DNA of 64,000 bases, taken from sequence record SRR20825019_624, one strand, 5' to 3'. This document shows positions 10,464 through 19,090 of this stretch, one piece after another. The notes below the pieces were generated by a model. It did no database searches, was not told where the DNA came from, and saw only the letters and a program-made list of their open reading frames with translations. Numbering within the stretch: position 1 is the first letter of the stretch; each line of letters begins with the position of its first letter. Position numbers and translations under genes: made by a program.

Positions 10464-11426
10464 ATGTCAAACACTGAAACGTGTATTGTTGCCGATATTG
10501 GCGGCACCAATGGACGGTTTGGGATTGCCCGCTTTATTGAGGGCGAAAAAAAACCTCACATTGAAAAAGTTTCGGTGTTCCCCTGTGCAGATTCTTCCGG
10601 CGTTAGCCCGATGCTTGGCCAGTATATTGGCCAACTGGGGGCAGAGCGCCCCAAGATGGCACGCCTTGCGATCGCAGGCCCCACCACAGCACGCCATGGC
10701 AGGCTTACCAACCTTGGTTGGCAGGCGGATGCCGGTGTGCTTGAGACGGACCACCGGCTCGAGAGCGTGAAGCTGTTGAACGATTTTGGAGCGCTTGCTG
10801 GTGCCTGTCAGTTTCTTGAAGAAGGCACCGACTATATTCAGCTAAAAAAAGGTACTGAAGATAGCAAAGGCCCGATCTCTGTTATGGGGCCGGGCACCGG
10901 TTTTGGGGTTGCCCTTCTGGTGCCTGTTGAGAATGAATGGATCACTGTCCCTACCGAGGGCGGTAACATGGCTTTTGCGCCGTCTACCCGGCTTGAGCAC
11001 GACCTGACAGAACACCTACGTGCAGAAATGGGCCATGTGTCTGTTGAAACCTTCCTGTGCGGGGAGGGGATCGCTCGCATTCACCGTTTTCTGGTTGATT
11101 ATGGCGGTAGTGGTGATCGTGGGCTATCGCCTGCAGAAATCACCAAACTGGCGGGTGAGGGCGGTGCGCCGTCTTGCACGCGTGCGGTGCAACTGTTCCT
11201 CTCGATCGTTGGCAGTTCCGCCGGTAACATTGCCCTCGCGCACGGCGCAACCGGCGGCGTATTCCTCGGCGGTGGCATCCTGCCCAAGATCATGACCATG
11301 GTATCGTCAAGCGACCTGCTGCGCCGCTTTGTTGCCAAAGGCCCCATGCAGCCGTACCTGGACCGTATTTCAGTAAACCTGATCACGGCCAAATATGCAG
11401 CGCTGATTGGCTCTGCTGTCCTTTAG
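10464..11426 (+). CDS. glk: Glucokinase (Glk, PF02685 type)
   Basis: VADIGGTNGRF, LLNDF, GPGTGFGVA, PTEGG, GGVFLGGGILPK, RFVAKG.M. Confidence 0.9.
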   Translation: MSNTETCIVADIGGTNGRFGIARFIEGEKKPHIEKVSVFPCADSSGVSPMLGQYIGQLGAERPKMARLAIAGPTTARHGRLTNLGWQADAGVLETDHRLESVKLLNDFGALAGACQFLEEGTDYIQLKKGTEDSKGPISVMGPGTGFGVALLVPVENEWITVPTEGGNMAFAPSTRLEHDLTEHLRAEMGHVSVETFLCGEGIARIHRFLVDYGGSGDRGLSPAEITKLAGEGGAPSCTRAVQLFLSIVGSSAGNIALAHGATGGVFLGGGILPKIMTMVSSSDLLRRFVAKGPMQPYLDRISVNLITAKYAALIGSAVL

Positions 11427-11436
11427 GACATGAAAG

Positions 11437-12423
11437 CTATCTGCTGGTAACAGGTATCCCGTCGGCGTCAAAGAGCTTGCGTTCAATGATGCCACCTTCG
11501 CCGTAGTGATACTCCACGCGGTGGAACCCGGCTGGATGCATCGTGGGGAGACTGTGTTGGTCAAAATAGGCGACGCTGTCGCGTTGCATGGCTTGTGTAT
11601 AAGTGCGGGTTGAAAAGGCGTAGGGCGCATAAGGCCTGGATTCGGCGTCGAAATAATTGACCCGGGCCGGTTTGCCAAAACTGTTAAAATCGCGCCATTC
11701 GATGCGGCTGAATCCAGCAGACATGGGCGCGAGGTTTCCGCTGGCGTCCTGGGCTTCTTCATTTAGAAAATTACCATATTGGTCGAATTCAAAGAAAACG
11801 CCCGCATAGCCCAGGCGGCCATTTTTGAGTGTGCCATCAGCGTTCTCAAATCGCCGGTATAGTGCCATATCGTTTGCGTCATAAGCAAAAGAGGCGCGAT
11901 CAAAGCCGTTATGTTCAGGTACGATGTTCCCGTTTTTGTCAAAGCGTGTTTCCGTCACCACGCGCCCTTCACTATCACGCGTCACATGCACTTCACTGTA
12001 ACCATCTCCGGTCATGTCTGTGCCGTCTTCAGTTTCAAAGGTCAGGCGATCCCAGAAGCCTAATGGGCCATGGTGATATATTTTGCGCAGGACGCCATTC
12101 ACAGCGACAGGCTCGCCCCCAACATCCTGGTAAGCCTCGACTGTTTTGTCTGCCGCGTACGCGAAGGTAAGTATCGCGGCCCCAAAGTCACCGGCTGGGC
12201 TTGGCTGACCTTCATGAAAAAAAGTTACCTGAGTGAGGCGTCCCTGCGGGTCGTACACCAGCGAGTAGTGATCAATGACGGCGGCTTGCTCTGTTGTCAG
12301 CGGATAGGCAGGGCGCGGTGTGCGCTGTGTGTGATCAATGTTCCATTTCAGGTATGTGTTACCCTGTTGCGCATGGACCGCAGTGCCCAGCAGCGCGCAA
12401 AGCAGAAACAGAAATTTCATCAT
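11437..12423 (-). CDS. Secreted protein built of ~32-aa YD-like repeats, function unknown
   Basis: Signal peptide MMKFLFLLCALLGTAVHA. Tandem units G(F/Y)xxxxxx(Y/F)DxxGxxxxxxx(F)DxxG. GAGGG SD before ATG 12423. Confidence 0.75.
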   Translation of the reverse strand: MMKFLFLLCALLGTAVHAQQGNTYLKWNIDHTQRTPRPAYPLTTEQAAVIDHYSLVYDPQGRLTQVTFFHEGQPSPAGDFGAAILTFAYAADKTVEAYQDVGGEPVAVNGVLRKIYHHGPLGFWDRLTFETEDGTDMTGDGYSEVHVTRDSEGRVVTETRFDKNGNIVPEHNGFDRASFAYDANDMALYRRFENADGTLKNGRLGYAGVFFEFDQYGNFLNEEAQDASGNLAPMSAGFSRIEWRDFNSFGKPARVNYFDAESRPYAPYAFSTRTYTQAMQRDSVAYFDQHSLPTMHPAGFHRVEYHYGEGGIIERKLFDADGIPVTSR

Positions 12424-12501
12424 TTGTAACCCTCGCTTTATGGTTTTTCGCGATGTTACACAGTAACCATTTTTCCACAAGGCTTGATGACGAGTGCTGG
12501 C

Positions 12502-12535
12502 AAAAAAACACCCCGGCAGATGTGCTGCCAGGGTG
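12502..12535 (-). terminator. Rho-independent terminator
   Basis: 11-bp GC-rich stem followed by seven T on the minus strand. Confidence 0.8.
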
Positions 12536-12680
12536 GAGGAATGCTCTTTACCAAATGCCTGCCTTGGATGGGAGAGGATAGGCAGTTGGCTACAGAGGCC
12601 CCTAATTCAGGAAACCAGGCTCAGCAGCTCATAGGGAGCCCCTGAAGTCAGGTTCCTTGGAAGGATACCGGCGTCATTGC
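12502..12680 (-). ncRNA. Candidate trans-acting small RNA (~180 nt) with anti-SD loop and intrinsic terminator
   Basis: Minus strand: nested stem UUCAGG-GGCUC...GAGCC...CCUGAA; hairpin UGCCU-[AUCCUCUCCCAUCCA]-AGGCA; UCCUCC; terminator CACCCUGGCAG-CACAU-CUGCCGGGGUG-U7. AT-rich promoter-like region upstream. The 5' end is approximate. Confidence 0.6.
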
Positions 12681-13127
12681 AAAAATCAATGCAAATTATG
12701 AAAATATATTCATATTATCGGCATTATATGCAGCGTCGTTTGTAGTAATCTATAAATATCAACAAATTATACGAGGTTATTTTTGCAATATTTGCAAAAT
12801 TATGGGCAACCTGCCGGAAAACCATCACTGATAGCCAGTGCGGTTGTAACGCGAGGCCGCTCGCGGTAGAGTCGCGCCATGCCTTGGGCTTCCACGCTGT
12901 GTAAACCTGTGCCCGATAGAGGGTACACTGTGACAATGCACCATCAAGTTCGACCCGAGAAGCGGCTCAAAACCGGGCGTATTTGTATTCAGTTTCAACT
13001 CTTTGTTGCTCAATGAAACATTTGGCTTCTAATGTTGTCAGAATTCAGATAGAGGCAGCGCCGGTTCGGCGATACTGCGCGGTAAGATAATTGATCGAGT
13101 TTCCTTGCCGCTCTTGGAGATCGCTTT

Positions 13128-13580
13128 ATGAAAAGCAAGTTGATTGTTGGATGGCGGGAATGGGCGGGATTGCCGGAATTCTCAATCGCCAACATCAAGG
13201 CGAAAATCGACACTGGCGCAAAAACATCAGCCCTGCACGCGTACCGCATCAAGAAAGTCATGCGGGACGGTGCGCCATGGGCCGAGTTTTTTGTGCATCC
13301 CGTGCAACGGCACAGGAAACCAGAGATTAAGTGCGCTGCCCCCATTGTGGGTGAGCGCGAGATAAAAAGTTCAAATGGTGTTGTGCAGAAGCGGCTGGTG
13401 GTTTCCACGCCGCTCGTGCTGGGGCCATTTGTCCAGAAAATTGAGCTGACACTAACAAATCGGGACGAAATGGGGTTCCGCCTTCTGGTTGGCCGGCAAG
13501 CGCTTGCAAAGCGTTATCTGGTTGATAGTGGCCTGTCTTACGGCCTTGGCGAACCTGATGATGACCGGTGGCAACAATAA
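13128..13580 (+). CDS. RimB-like retropepsin-fold protease ('ATP-dependent zinc protease' PF05618 family)
   Basis: IVGWREW, KAKIDTGAKTSALHA, IELTLTNRDEMGFRLLVGR; lies directly upstream of rimK. Confidence 0.88.
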   Translation: MKSKLIVGWREWAGLPEFSIANIKAKIDTGAKTSALHAYRIKKVMRDGAPWAEFFVHPVQRHRKPEIKCAAPIVGEREIKSSNGVVQKRLVVSTPLVLGPFVQKIELTLTNRDEMGFRLLVGRQALAKRYLVDSGLSYGLGEPDDDRWQQ

Positions 13581-13592
13581 GGATTTTGGAAA

Positions 13593-14498
13593 ATGCGTAT
13601 CGCGCTCCTGACCCGTAACGCCAATTTATACTCCCACGTCCGGCTCATTGAGGCCGCTGAAAAACGTGGCCACACGATGGATCCCATCGATACGCTCAAG
13701 GTCTATATCAACATTGCCTCGCACCGACCGGAGATGCGCTACAGGGGTGATATCGTTGAAGGTTATGATGCTGTTATCCCGCGGATCGGCGCGTCCATCA
13801 CATCATTTGGTACCGCCGTGTTGCGCCAGTTTGAGGTGCAGGGCATATATCCCTTGAACGAATCTGTTGCCATCACACGCTCCCGCGACAAGCTGCGCTC
13901 GTTCCAGCTTCTCTCCCGCCGCGGCATCGGCTTGCCGCTGACGGCCTTTGCGCATGCTACCAGCGAAGCCGAAGACCTGATCGATATGGTTGGCGGTACG
14001 CCGGTGGTGATCAAGCTTCTCGAAGGCACACAGGGCGTGGGTGTTGTGCTAGCGGATACCATGGATGCCGCGCGCTCCATGATCCAGGCGTTTGGCAAGC
14101 TGAAGGCCAATATCCTCGTGCAGGAATATATCAAGGAAGCCAAAGCTCAGGATATCCGCTGCCTTGTGGTTGGCGGCAAGGTGATCGCCTCGATGATGCG
14201 CAAGGGCGCGGACGGTGAGTTCCGCTCCAACCTGCACCGGGGTGGCTCTTCCCGCACCATAAAAATTACGCCTGAGGAACGATCCACAGCCGTGCGAGCA
14301 GCCAAGGTTATGGGGCTGAATGTTGCGGGTGTTGATATGCTGCGTTCCAACCACGGCCCGGTGATTATGGAGGTAAACTCTTCTCCCGGGCTTGAGGGGA
14401 TCGAGAAAGCAACGGGGATTGACGTTGCGGGCAAGATCATCGAATTTATCGAAGCAAATGCGAAACCGAATCGCACCCAGACCAAAGGCAAAGGCTAA
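13593..14498 (+). CDS. rimK: RimK ATP-grasp alpha-L-glutamate ligase
   Basis: [64 protein letters not shown]. Confidence 0.95.
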   Translation: MRIALLTRNANLYSHVRLIEAAEKRGHTMDPIDTLKVYINIASHRPEMRYRGDIVEGYDAVIPRIGASITSFGTAVLRQFEVQGIYPLNESVAITRSRDKLRSFQLLSRRGIGLPLTAFAHATSEAEDLIDMVGGTPVVIKLLEGTQGVGVVLADTMDAARSMIQAFGKLKANILVQEYIKEAKAQDIRCLVVGGKVIASMMRKGADGEFRSNLHRGGSSRTIKITPEERSTAVRAAKVMGLNVAGVDMLRSNHGPVIMEVNSSPGLEGIEKATGIDVAGKIIEFIEANAKPNRTQTKGKG

Positions 14499-14501
14499 CC
14501 C

Positions 14502-15548
14502 ATGAAAACACGCGCGCCTTTTGAAATTGCAGGACAAAAGGTGCAACCGGGCAACCGGGTCTCCATGTCGCTTTCCATGCCGGGGCAGTCGCGTTATACG
14601 CCGCTGTCCATGCCGCTTCATGTGATCCATGGCAAAAAGGATGGCCCCACAGTTTTCATCAATGCGGCCATCCACGGTGATGAGATCAACGGTATCGAGA
14701 TCATCCGCCAGCTCCTTAAGCAGAAATCGCTGAACCGTATCCGGGGCACGCTATTATGTGTGCCGGTGGTGAACGTCTACGGTTTCCTGCATCATACCCG
14801 CTATATGCCGGACCGGCGCGACCTTAACCGGGGTTTCCCGGGCTCGGAGCATGGCTCGCTCACCTCCCGCGTGGCCCATGTGTTCAGGAAGCAGATTATT
14901 GACCGGTCTGATTATGGCATCGACCTGCACACAGGCTCGAACCACCGCACCAACTTTCCGCACATTCGCGCCAATATGGCGGACGCGGAGACAGCCAAGC
15001 TGGCTCGTGCTTTTAACACACCGGTGATTGTAAATGCGAGCTTGCGCGACGGCAGTTTGCGTGGCTATGCGGTCGAGAAGGGCATCCCTGTACTGCTGTA
15101 TGAAGCAGGGGAAGCGCTGCGGTTTGACAAGCTGGCAGTGAGCGCCGGGGTGCGGGGTATCCTCAACGTGCTTGGCGCCATTGGCATGATCAAGCGCGAG
15201 GTGAAACGCAGGCCGCACGTGACGCTGGAGGCAGATAGCTCACACTGGGTCAGGGGCGCGCGTTCCGGCCTCATCAGGGAGCCGATCCGGCTGGGTACAC
15301 GGGTGGAAGCAGGCGACAGGCTTGCCTATCTGTCTGACCTGTTGGGTGATGAGCAGGTGGAGATCAAGGCAACGCAGGAAGGTGTTGTTATCGGGCGCAC
15401 AAACCTGCCGATTGTGAACGAGGGTGACGCGCTTTTCCATGTTGCCGAGTTTGACAATACGGACAAGGCTGACCATACGGTTGAACGTTTCCGCGCCTCG
15501 CTTGAAGGCCTTGGTGAAGGCGACTATATCGACCCGCTGGCGGAATAG
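14502..15548 (+). CDS. Succinylglutamate desuccinylase/aspartoacylase (M14-like) family protein
   Basis: AAIHGDEING, RRDLNRGFPG, IDLHTG, LYEAGEALRFD, and C-terminal NLPIVNEGDALFHVA. Confidence 0.9.
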   Translation: MKTRAPFEIAGQKVQPGNRVSMSLSMPGQSRYTPLSMPLHVIHGKKDGPTVFINAAIHGDEINGIEIIRQLLKQKSLNRIRGTLLCVPVVNVYGFLHHTRYMPDRRDLNRGFPGSEHGSLTSRVAHVFRKQIIDRSDYGIDLHTGSNHRTNFPHIRANMADAETAKLARAFNTPVIVNASLRDGSLRGYAVEKGIPVLLYEAGEALRFDKLAVSAGVRGILNVLGAIGMIKREVKRRPHVTLEADSSHWVRGARSGLIREPIRLGTRVEAGDRLAYLSDLLGDEQVEIKATQEGVVIGRTNLPIVNEGDALFHVAEFDNTDKADHTVERFRASLEGLGEGDYIDPLAE

Positions 15549-15572
15549 TGCGCCCACAATACTCATTACGGT

Positions 15573-16883
15573 CTAGAAACGATCAGCCCGGAAGGGGTGG
15601 ATATCCAAAACCGCCGCACGGCCTTCAATAACATCCAGCATCAACTGCGCGCTCACCGCCGCCTGGGTTAAGCCAAGGTGTTGATGCCCAAAGCAAAAAT
15701 AGATATTTGCGTGCCCCGGCGCTGGCCCCATCACGGGCAGGCTGTCGGGCAGGGTGGGGCGAAACCCCATCCACGGCCTGATGCCCCCAGGTGTGGCATT
15801 TGGTGGTGAATGTGTGACGGTTTCCGTGGCGCGAGTGTGGCGGTAGTCACCTCGCAAATCCGGCAGTAATTCCTGCCCCAGCGGCACCAGCGCAAGTGCT
15901 TGTTTTTCAGTCATTTTCGCATCCAGCCCACCAAATTCAACACGGCCAGCCAGTCGTAAAACTGCCGTTTGAGTGTGGTGCATGGGTGTGGCGACAAAGC
16001 GTTTTTCAAAAAAAGTTGTGGGAACACGGGGGTTTATGCTGGGGTGCGGGATATCGAGATGATAACCGCGTTCGGTCTCAAGCGGGATTTTATATCCAAG
16101 CTGCCGAGCCAGCAGGTGAGAGAAGGCCCCCGCCGCGATCACTACTTTTGCCGCCTGCCATGTTTGGTCTGCTGAGCAGATCGTCGTGCAATCTTTGCTG
16201 CTTTCAATATGGGTGATATCAGCCGTTTCAATCCTGCCGCCGAGCTTCAGGAAATGGGCCATCAGGGTTTGAGTGAGGGCATAGGGGTCGCTTATGTGCG
16301 CAGAGTTCGGGAAATACAGCCCACCCTTCAGGCGCGGGTTCAGGGCCGGGTCAAAATGCCGGAGGGTGGTCCCGTCCCACAGCGCGCTTTCAACGTCAAA
16401 ATCGGCAAGGGCCGCTTGCTCCCGCGCGGCACCAGCCAGGTTCTTCTCCCGCGCGTAAGCCACCAGCGTACCCTCACGCTTCAAAAGACCATCAAGGCCA
16501 AAACGCGCATCAAGGTTTTGGTATGCGGCCACGGCACCCGCATTCAACCCCGCGATGGCTTCGGTGCTGCGCTTCACCACAGCAGGCCGGGCGGATAATA
16601 TGAAACGCACAAGCCACGGCATCAGCCCCAGCATATATCGCCAACGAAGGCTCACTGGGCCATTGGGCTGAAGCAGCAGGCCGGGCAGGGCGCTGAGGAG
16701 CGCAGGTGTTGCGAGTGGGAAGATATGTTCCGCCGCTATATGCCCCGCGTTGCCATAGGAGCAGCCACTGCCCACACCCCCACGGTTGATCACGAGAACA
16801 CCGTGGCCCGCCGCCTGTAGTTCAAGCGCAGTGGTGATGCCGATAATGCCACCCCCGATGATGATGATCTCTTCTTTGGCCAC
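15573..16883 (-). CDS. FAD-dependent D-amino-acid dehydrogenase (DadA family), probable D-(allo)hydroxyproline dehydrogenase, single-subunit type
   Basis: IIGGGIIG, GCSYGNAG, LETERGYH, WMGFRPTLPDSLPVMG, FGHQHLGLT. Divergent from the hydroxyproline epimerase operon. Likely GTG start at 16883 after GGAG. Confidence 0.82.
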   Translation of the reverse strand: MAKEEIIIIGGGIIGITTALELQAAGHGVLVINRGGVGSGCSYGNAGHIAAEHIFPLATPALLSALPGLLLQPNGPVSLRWRYMLGLMPWLVRFILSARPAVVKRSTEAIAGLNAGAVAAYQNLDARFGLDGLLKREGTLVAYAREKNLAGAAREQAALADFDVESALWDGTTLRHFDPALNPRLKGGLYFPNSAHISDPYALTQTLMAHFLKLGGRIETADITHIESSKDCTTICSADQTWQAAKVVIAAGAFSHLLARQLGYKIPLETERGYHLDIPHPSINPRVPTTFFEKRFVATPMHHTQTAVLRLAGRVEFGGLDAKMTEKQALALVPLGQELLPDLRGDYRHTRATETVTHSPPNATPGGIRPWMGFRPTLPDSLPVMGPAPGHANIYFCFGHQHLGLTQAAVSAQLMLDVIEGRAAVLDIHPFRADRF

Positions 16884-16923
16884 AGCACCAACTCCAACTC
16901 TGCCCATTTTTTCTTGCAATAGC

Positions 16924-16939
16924 ATATTGTATACAATAT
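16924..16939. promoter_or_regulatory. GntR/FadR-type operator ATATTGTATACAATAT (HypR-like)
   Basis: Perfect 16-bp palindrome between the divergent hydroxyproline genes; a related copy lies upstream of the gntR gene. Confidence 0.75.
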
Positions 16940-16955
16940 ACGCAATTCAGGATTT

Positions 16956-17113
16956 GGGCTTGAAGCCGGGGGCTGGCGAACAACAACCCGGCCAAGCCCG
17001 CTTGGCGAGCGGGGAGGCTGCGCACCATTTTGGCCCTTCTGGTTTGGTGCACCCCATTCCCGCCTTCATGTGTGAAGGTTGAGGGTCGGCTTCCCTGCTC
17101 GCTTTTTTGTTTT
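16956..17113 (+). other. Highly structured 5' leader (attenuator-like) or sRNA upstream of the hydroxyproline operon
   Basis: Hairpin 16956-16999; 16-bp stem 17005-17020/17087-17102 enclosing two small hairpins and followed by TTTTTTGTTTT; overlapping alternative hairpin 16997-17013. Confidence 0.5.
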
Positions 17114-17138
17114 GGCTCTTATCTGGAAGGATAAAAAG

Positions 17139-18056
17139 ATGATCGACTGGTCCGGCGTTTTCCCTGCCACCACAACGCAGTTTAAAAAGGATGAAAGCCT
17201 TGATCTGGAGGCTACCCAGCGGGTGATTGACGGCCTGATCAAGGACGGGGTGCACGGCATCATCGCGCTTGGCACTGTAGGCGAAAACTGTTCCCTGAGT
17301 GCGAAGGAAAAACGGTCTGTATTGAAGGCGGCAGTGGAAGTGGTGGGTGGCCGCGTGCCGCTCTTGTCCGGTGTTGCGGAATTTACGCCAAAAGCGGCTG
17401 CCGCATACGCAAGCGACGCTGAAACCATTGGCGCAGACGGGCTGATGGTGCTGCCCGCCATGGTATACCAAGCCCAACCGAGTGAGATTATTTCGCACTT
17501 CAAGACGGTGGCAGCAGCCACCAATCTTCCGATCATGATCTATAACAATCCGGTTTCCTACAAGATCGATATCAAGATCGAGACGATGACGGAGTTGGCA
17601 AAGATCGAAAACCTTGTTGCTGTGAAGGAATCGACCGAGGACACCCGCCGCATCATCGACCTGCACAACGCTTTTGGTGACCGGTTTACTATCTTTAGTG
17701 GGGTAGATGATATCGCGCTTGAATCCCTGATGCTGGGTGCTCAGGGCTGGGTGTCTGGCCTCACCAACGCTTTCCCGCGCGAAAGTGTTGCTATCTATAA
17801 CCTCGCCAAAGCCGGGCGCTATGAAGAAGCGCTTGAAATTTACCGCTGGTTCATGCCGCTCCTGGATCTCGACACCATCCCGACACTTGTGCAGTGCATC
17901 AAGCTGGTGGAAGAGATCATGGGCCGTGGGTCTGAAGTTGTGCGCGCGCCCCGCATGATGCTTGAAGGCGAAGAGCGGGCCTATGTGCAGGCGGTAACAC
18001 AGGCTGCGGTGGATGCACGCCCCACATTGCCCGCTGACCTCACGAAGGCCGCGTAA
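17139..18056 (+). CDS. DapA-family lyase, probable delta1-pyrroline-4-hydroxy-2-carboxylate deaminase
   Basis: WSGVFPATTTQF, GTVGEN, MIYNNP, AVKES, FSGVDD, GWVSGLTNAFP; adjacent to the hydroxyproline epimerase. Confidence 0.85.
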   Translation: MIDWSGVFPATTTQFKKDESLDLEATQRVIDGLIKDGVHGIIALGTVGENCSLSAKEKRSVLKAAVEVVGGRVPLLSGVAEFTPKAAAAYASDAETIGADGLMVLPAMVYQAQPSEIISHFKTVAAATNLPIMIYNNPVSYKIDIKIETMTELAKIENLVAVKESTEDTRRIIDLHNAFGDRFTIFSGVDDIALESLMLGAQGWVSGLTNAFPRESVAIYNLAKAGRYEEALEIYRWFMPLLDLDTIPTLVQCIKLVEEIMGRGSEVVRAPRMMLEGEERAYVQAVTQAAVDARPTLPADLTKAA

Positions 18057-18058
18057 AC

Positions 18059-19057
18059 ATGGCGCGCCATACCTTCCTGTGCATCGATGGCCACACGGGC
18101 GGCAACCCCGTGCGTGTGGTCTCTGGTGCGGTGCCGACGCTCAGGGGTGAAACCATGAGCGCCCGGCGGCAGGATTTTATTGCGCATCATGACTGGATAC
18201 GCCGCGCGCTGGTGCTGGAGCCACGCGGCCATGACCTGATGTCAGGCGCGATTATCTACCCCGCGATTGCCAGCGATGCGGACGCGGCGATCCTCTTTAT
18301 TGAGACAAGCGGGGCCTTGCCCATGTGCGGCCACGGGCTTATCGGCACTGTGACCATGGGGCTCGAGCATGGCCTGATCAAACCGCGCACCCCAGGCGAG
18401 CTGAGCCTTGAAGTGCCCGCTGGCCGGGTGGCTGTGCGCTATGAGCGCGACGGCGACAAGGTGACAAGTGTGTGCATCACCAATGTGGGCTCATACCTTG
18501 CGCACCGGGATGTGGAAATTGATGTGCCGGGCCTTGGCACTATCCGCCTTGATGTGGCTTATGGCGGTAATTTTTATGCGGTCATTGAGCCGCAGGAAAA
18601 CTATCTGGGGCTTGAGCATATCACCCCCGGCGATATCCTGCGCTATAGCCCCACCGTGCGCCGACTGGTGAACGAAGCTGTCACCATTGCCCACGCGGAA
18701 GACACCACGGTAAAGGGCTGTAGCCATGTTATGTGGACAGGCATGCCGGGCGAAGGCGCGGATGGTCGCAACGCGGTATTTTATGGTGAAAAAGCCATCG
18801 ACCGTTCGCCCTGCGGTACCGGCACATCGGCCCGGATGGCGCAACTGGTGGCGCGCGGGCGTTTGAATGTGGGTGACAGTTTCATCCATGAAAGCATCAT
18901 CGGCAGCCGCTTCAAGGGCGGTGTGGTAAAAGAAACAAAAGTGGGTGACCTGCCCGGTATCATCCCGTCTATAGAAGGGATGGCTTACATGACCGGCATC
19001 AACACTATATTCGTGGACGACGGGGAGCCATTCCCGCACGGATTTCAGGTTATCTGA
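18059..19057 (+). CDS. 4-hydroxyproline 2-epimerase (proline racemase family)
   Basis: IDGHTGGNPVR, EPRGH, PMCGHG and DRSPCGTGTSAR (both catalytic Cys present), ARNAVFYG-like GRNAVFYG. Confidence 0.9.
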   Translation: MARHTFLCIDGHTGGNPVRVVSGAVPTLRGETMSARRQDFIAHHDWIRRALVLEPRGHDLMSGAIIYPAIASDADAAILFIETSGALPMCGHGLIGTVTMGLEHGLIKPRTPGELSLEVPAGRVAVRYERDGDKVTSVCITNVGSYLAHRDVEIDVPGLGTIRLDVAYGGNFYAVIEPQENYLGLEHITPGDILRYSPTVRRLVNEAVTIAHAEDTTVKGCSHVMWTGMPGEGADGRNAVFYGEKAIDRSPCGTGTSARMAQLVARGRLNVGDSFIHESIIGSRFKGGVVKETKVGDLPGIIPSIEGMAYMTGINTIFVDDGEPFPHGFQVI

Positions 19058-19090
19058 GATACACACTCAACCGTCTGGAGGGAGACGACA

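Noticed and set aside
11437-12423. RHS/YD polymorphic toxin
   Set aside because: Too short, has a Sec signal, and lacks the RHS core (DPxG) motif, toxin tip and immunity gene.
12724-13013. Short ORFs in the gap upstream of the rimB-like gene (12825-13013, 12724-12936)
   Set aside because: No convincing SD, atypical composition and no motifs; probably non-coding.
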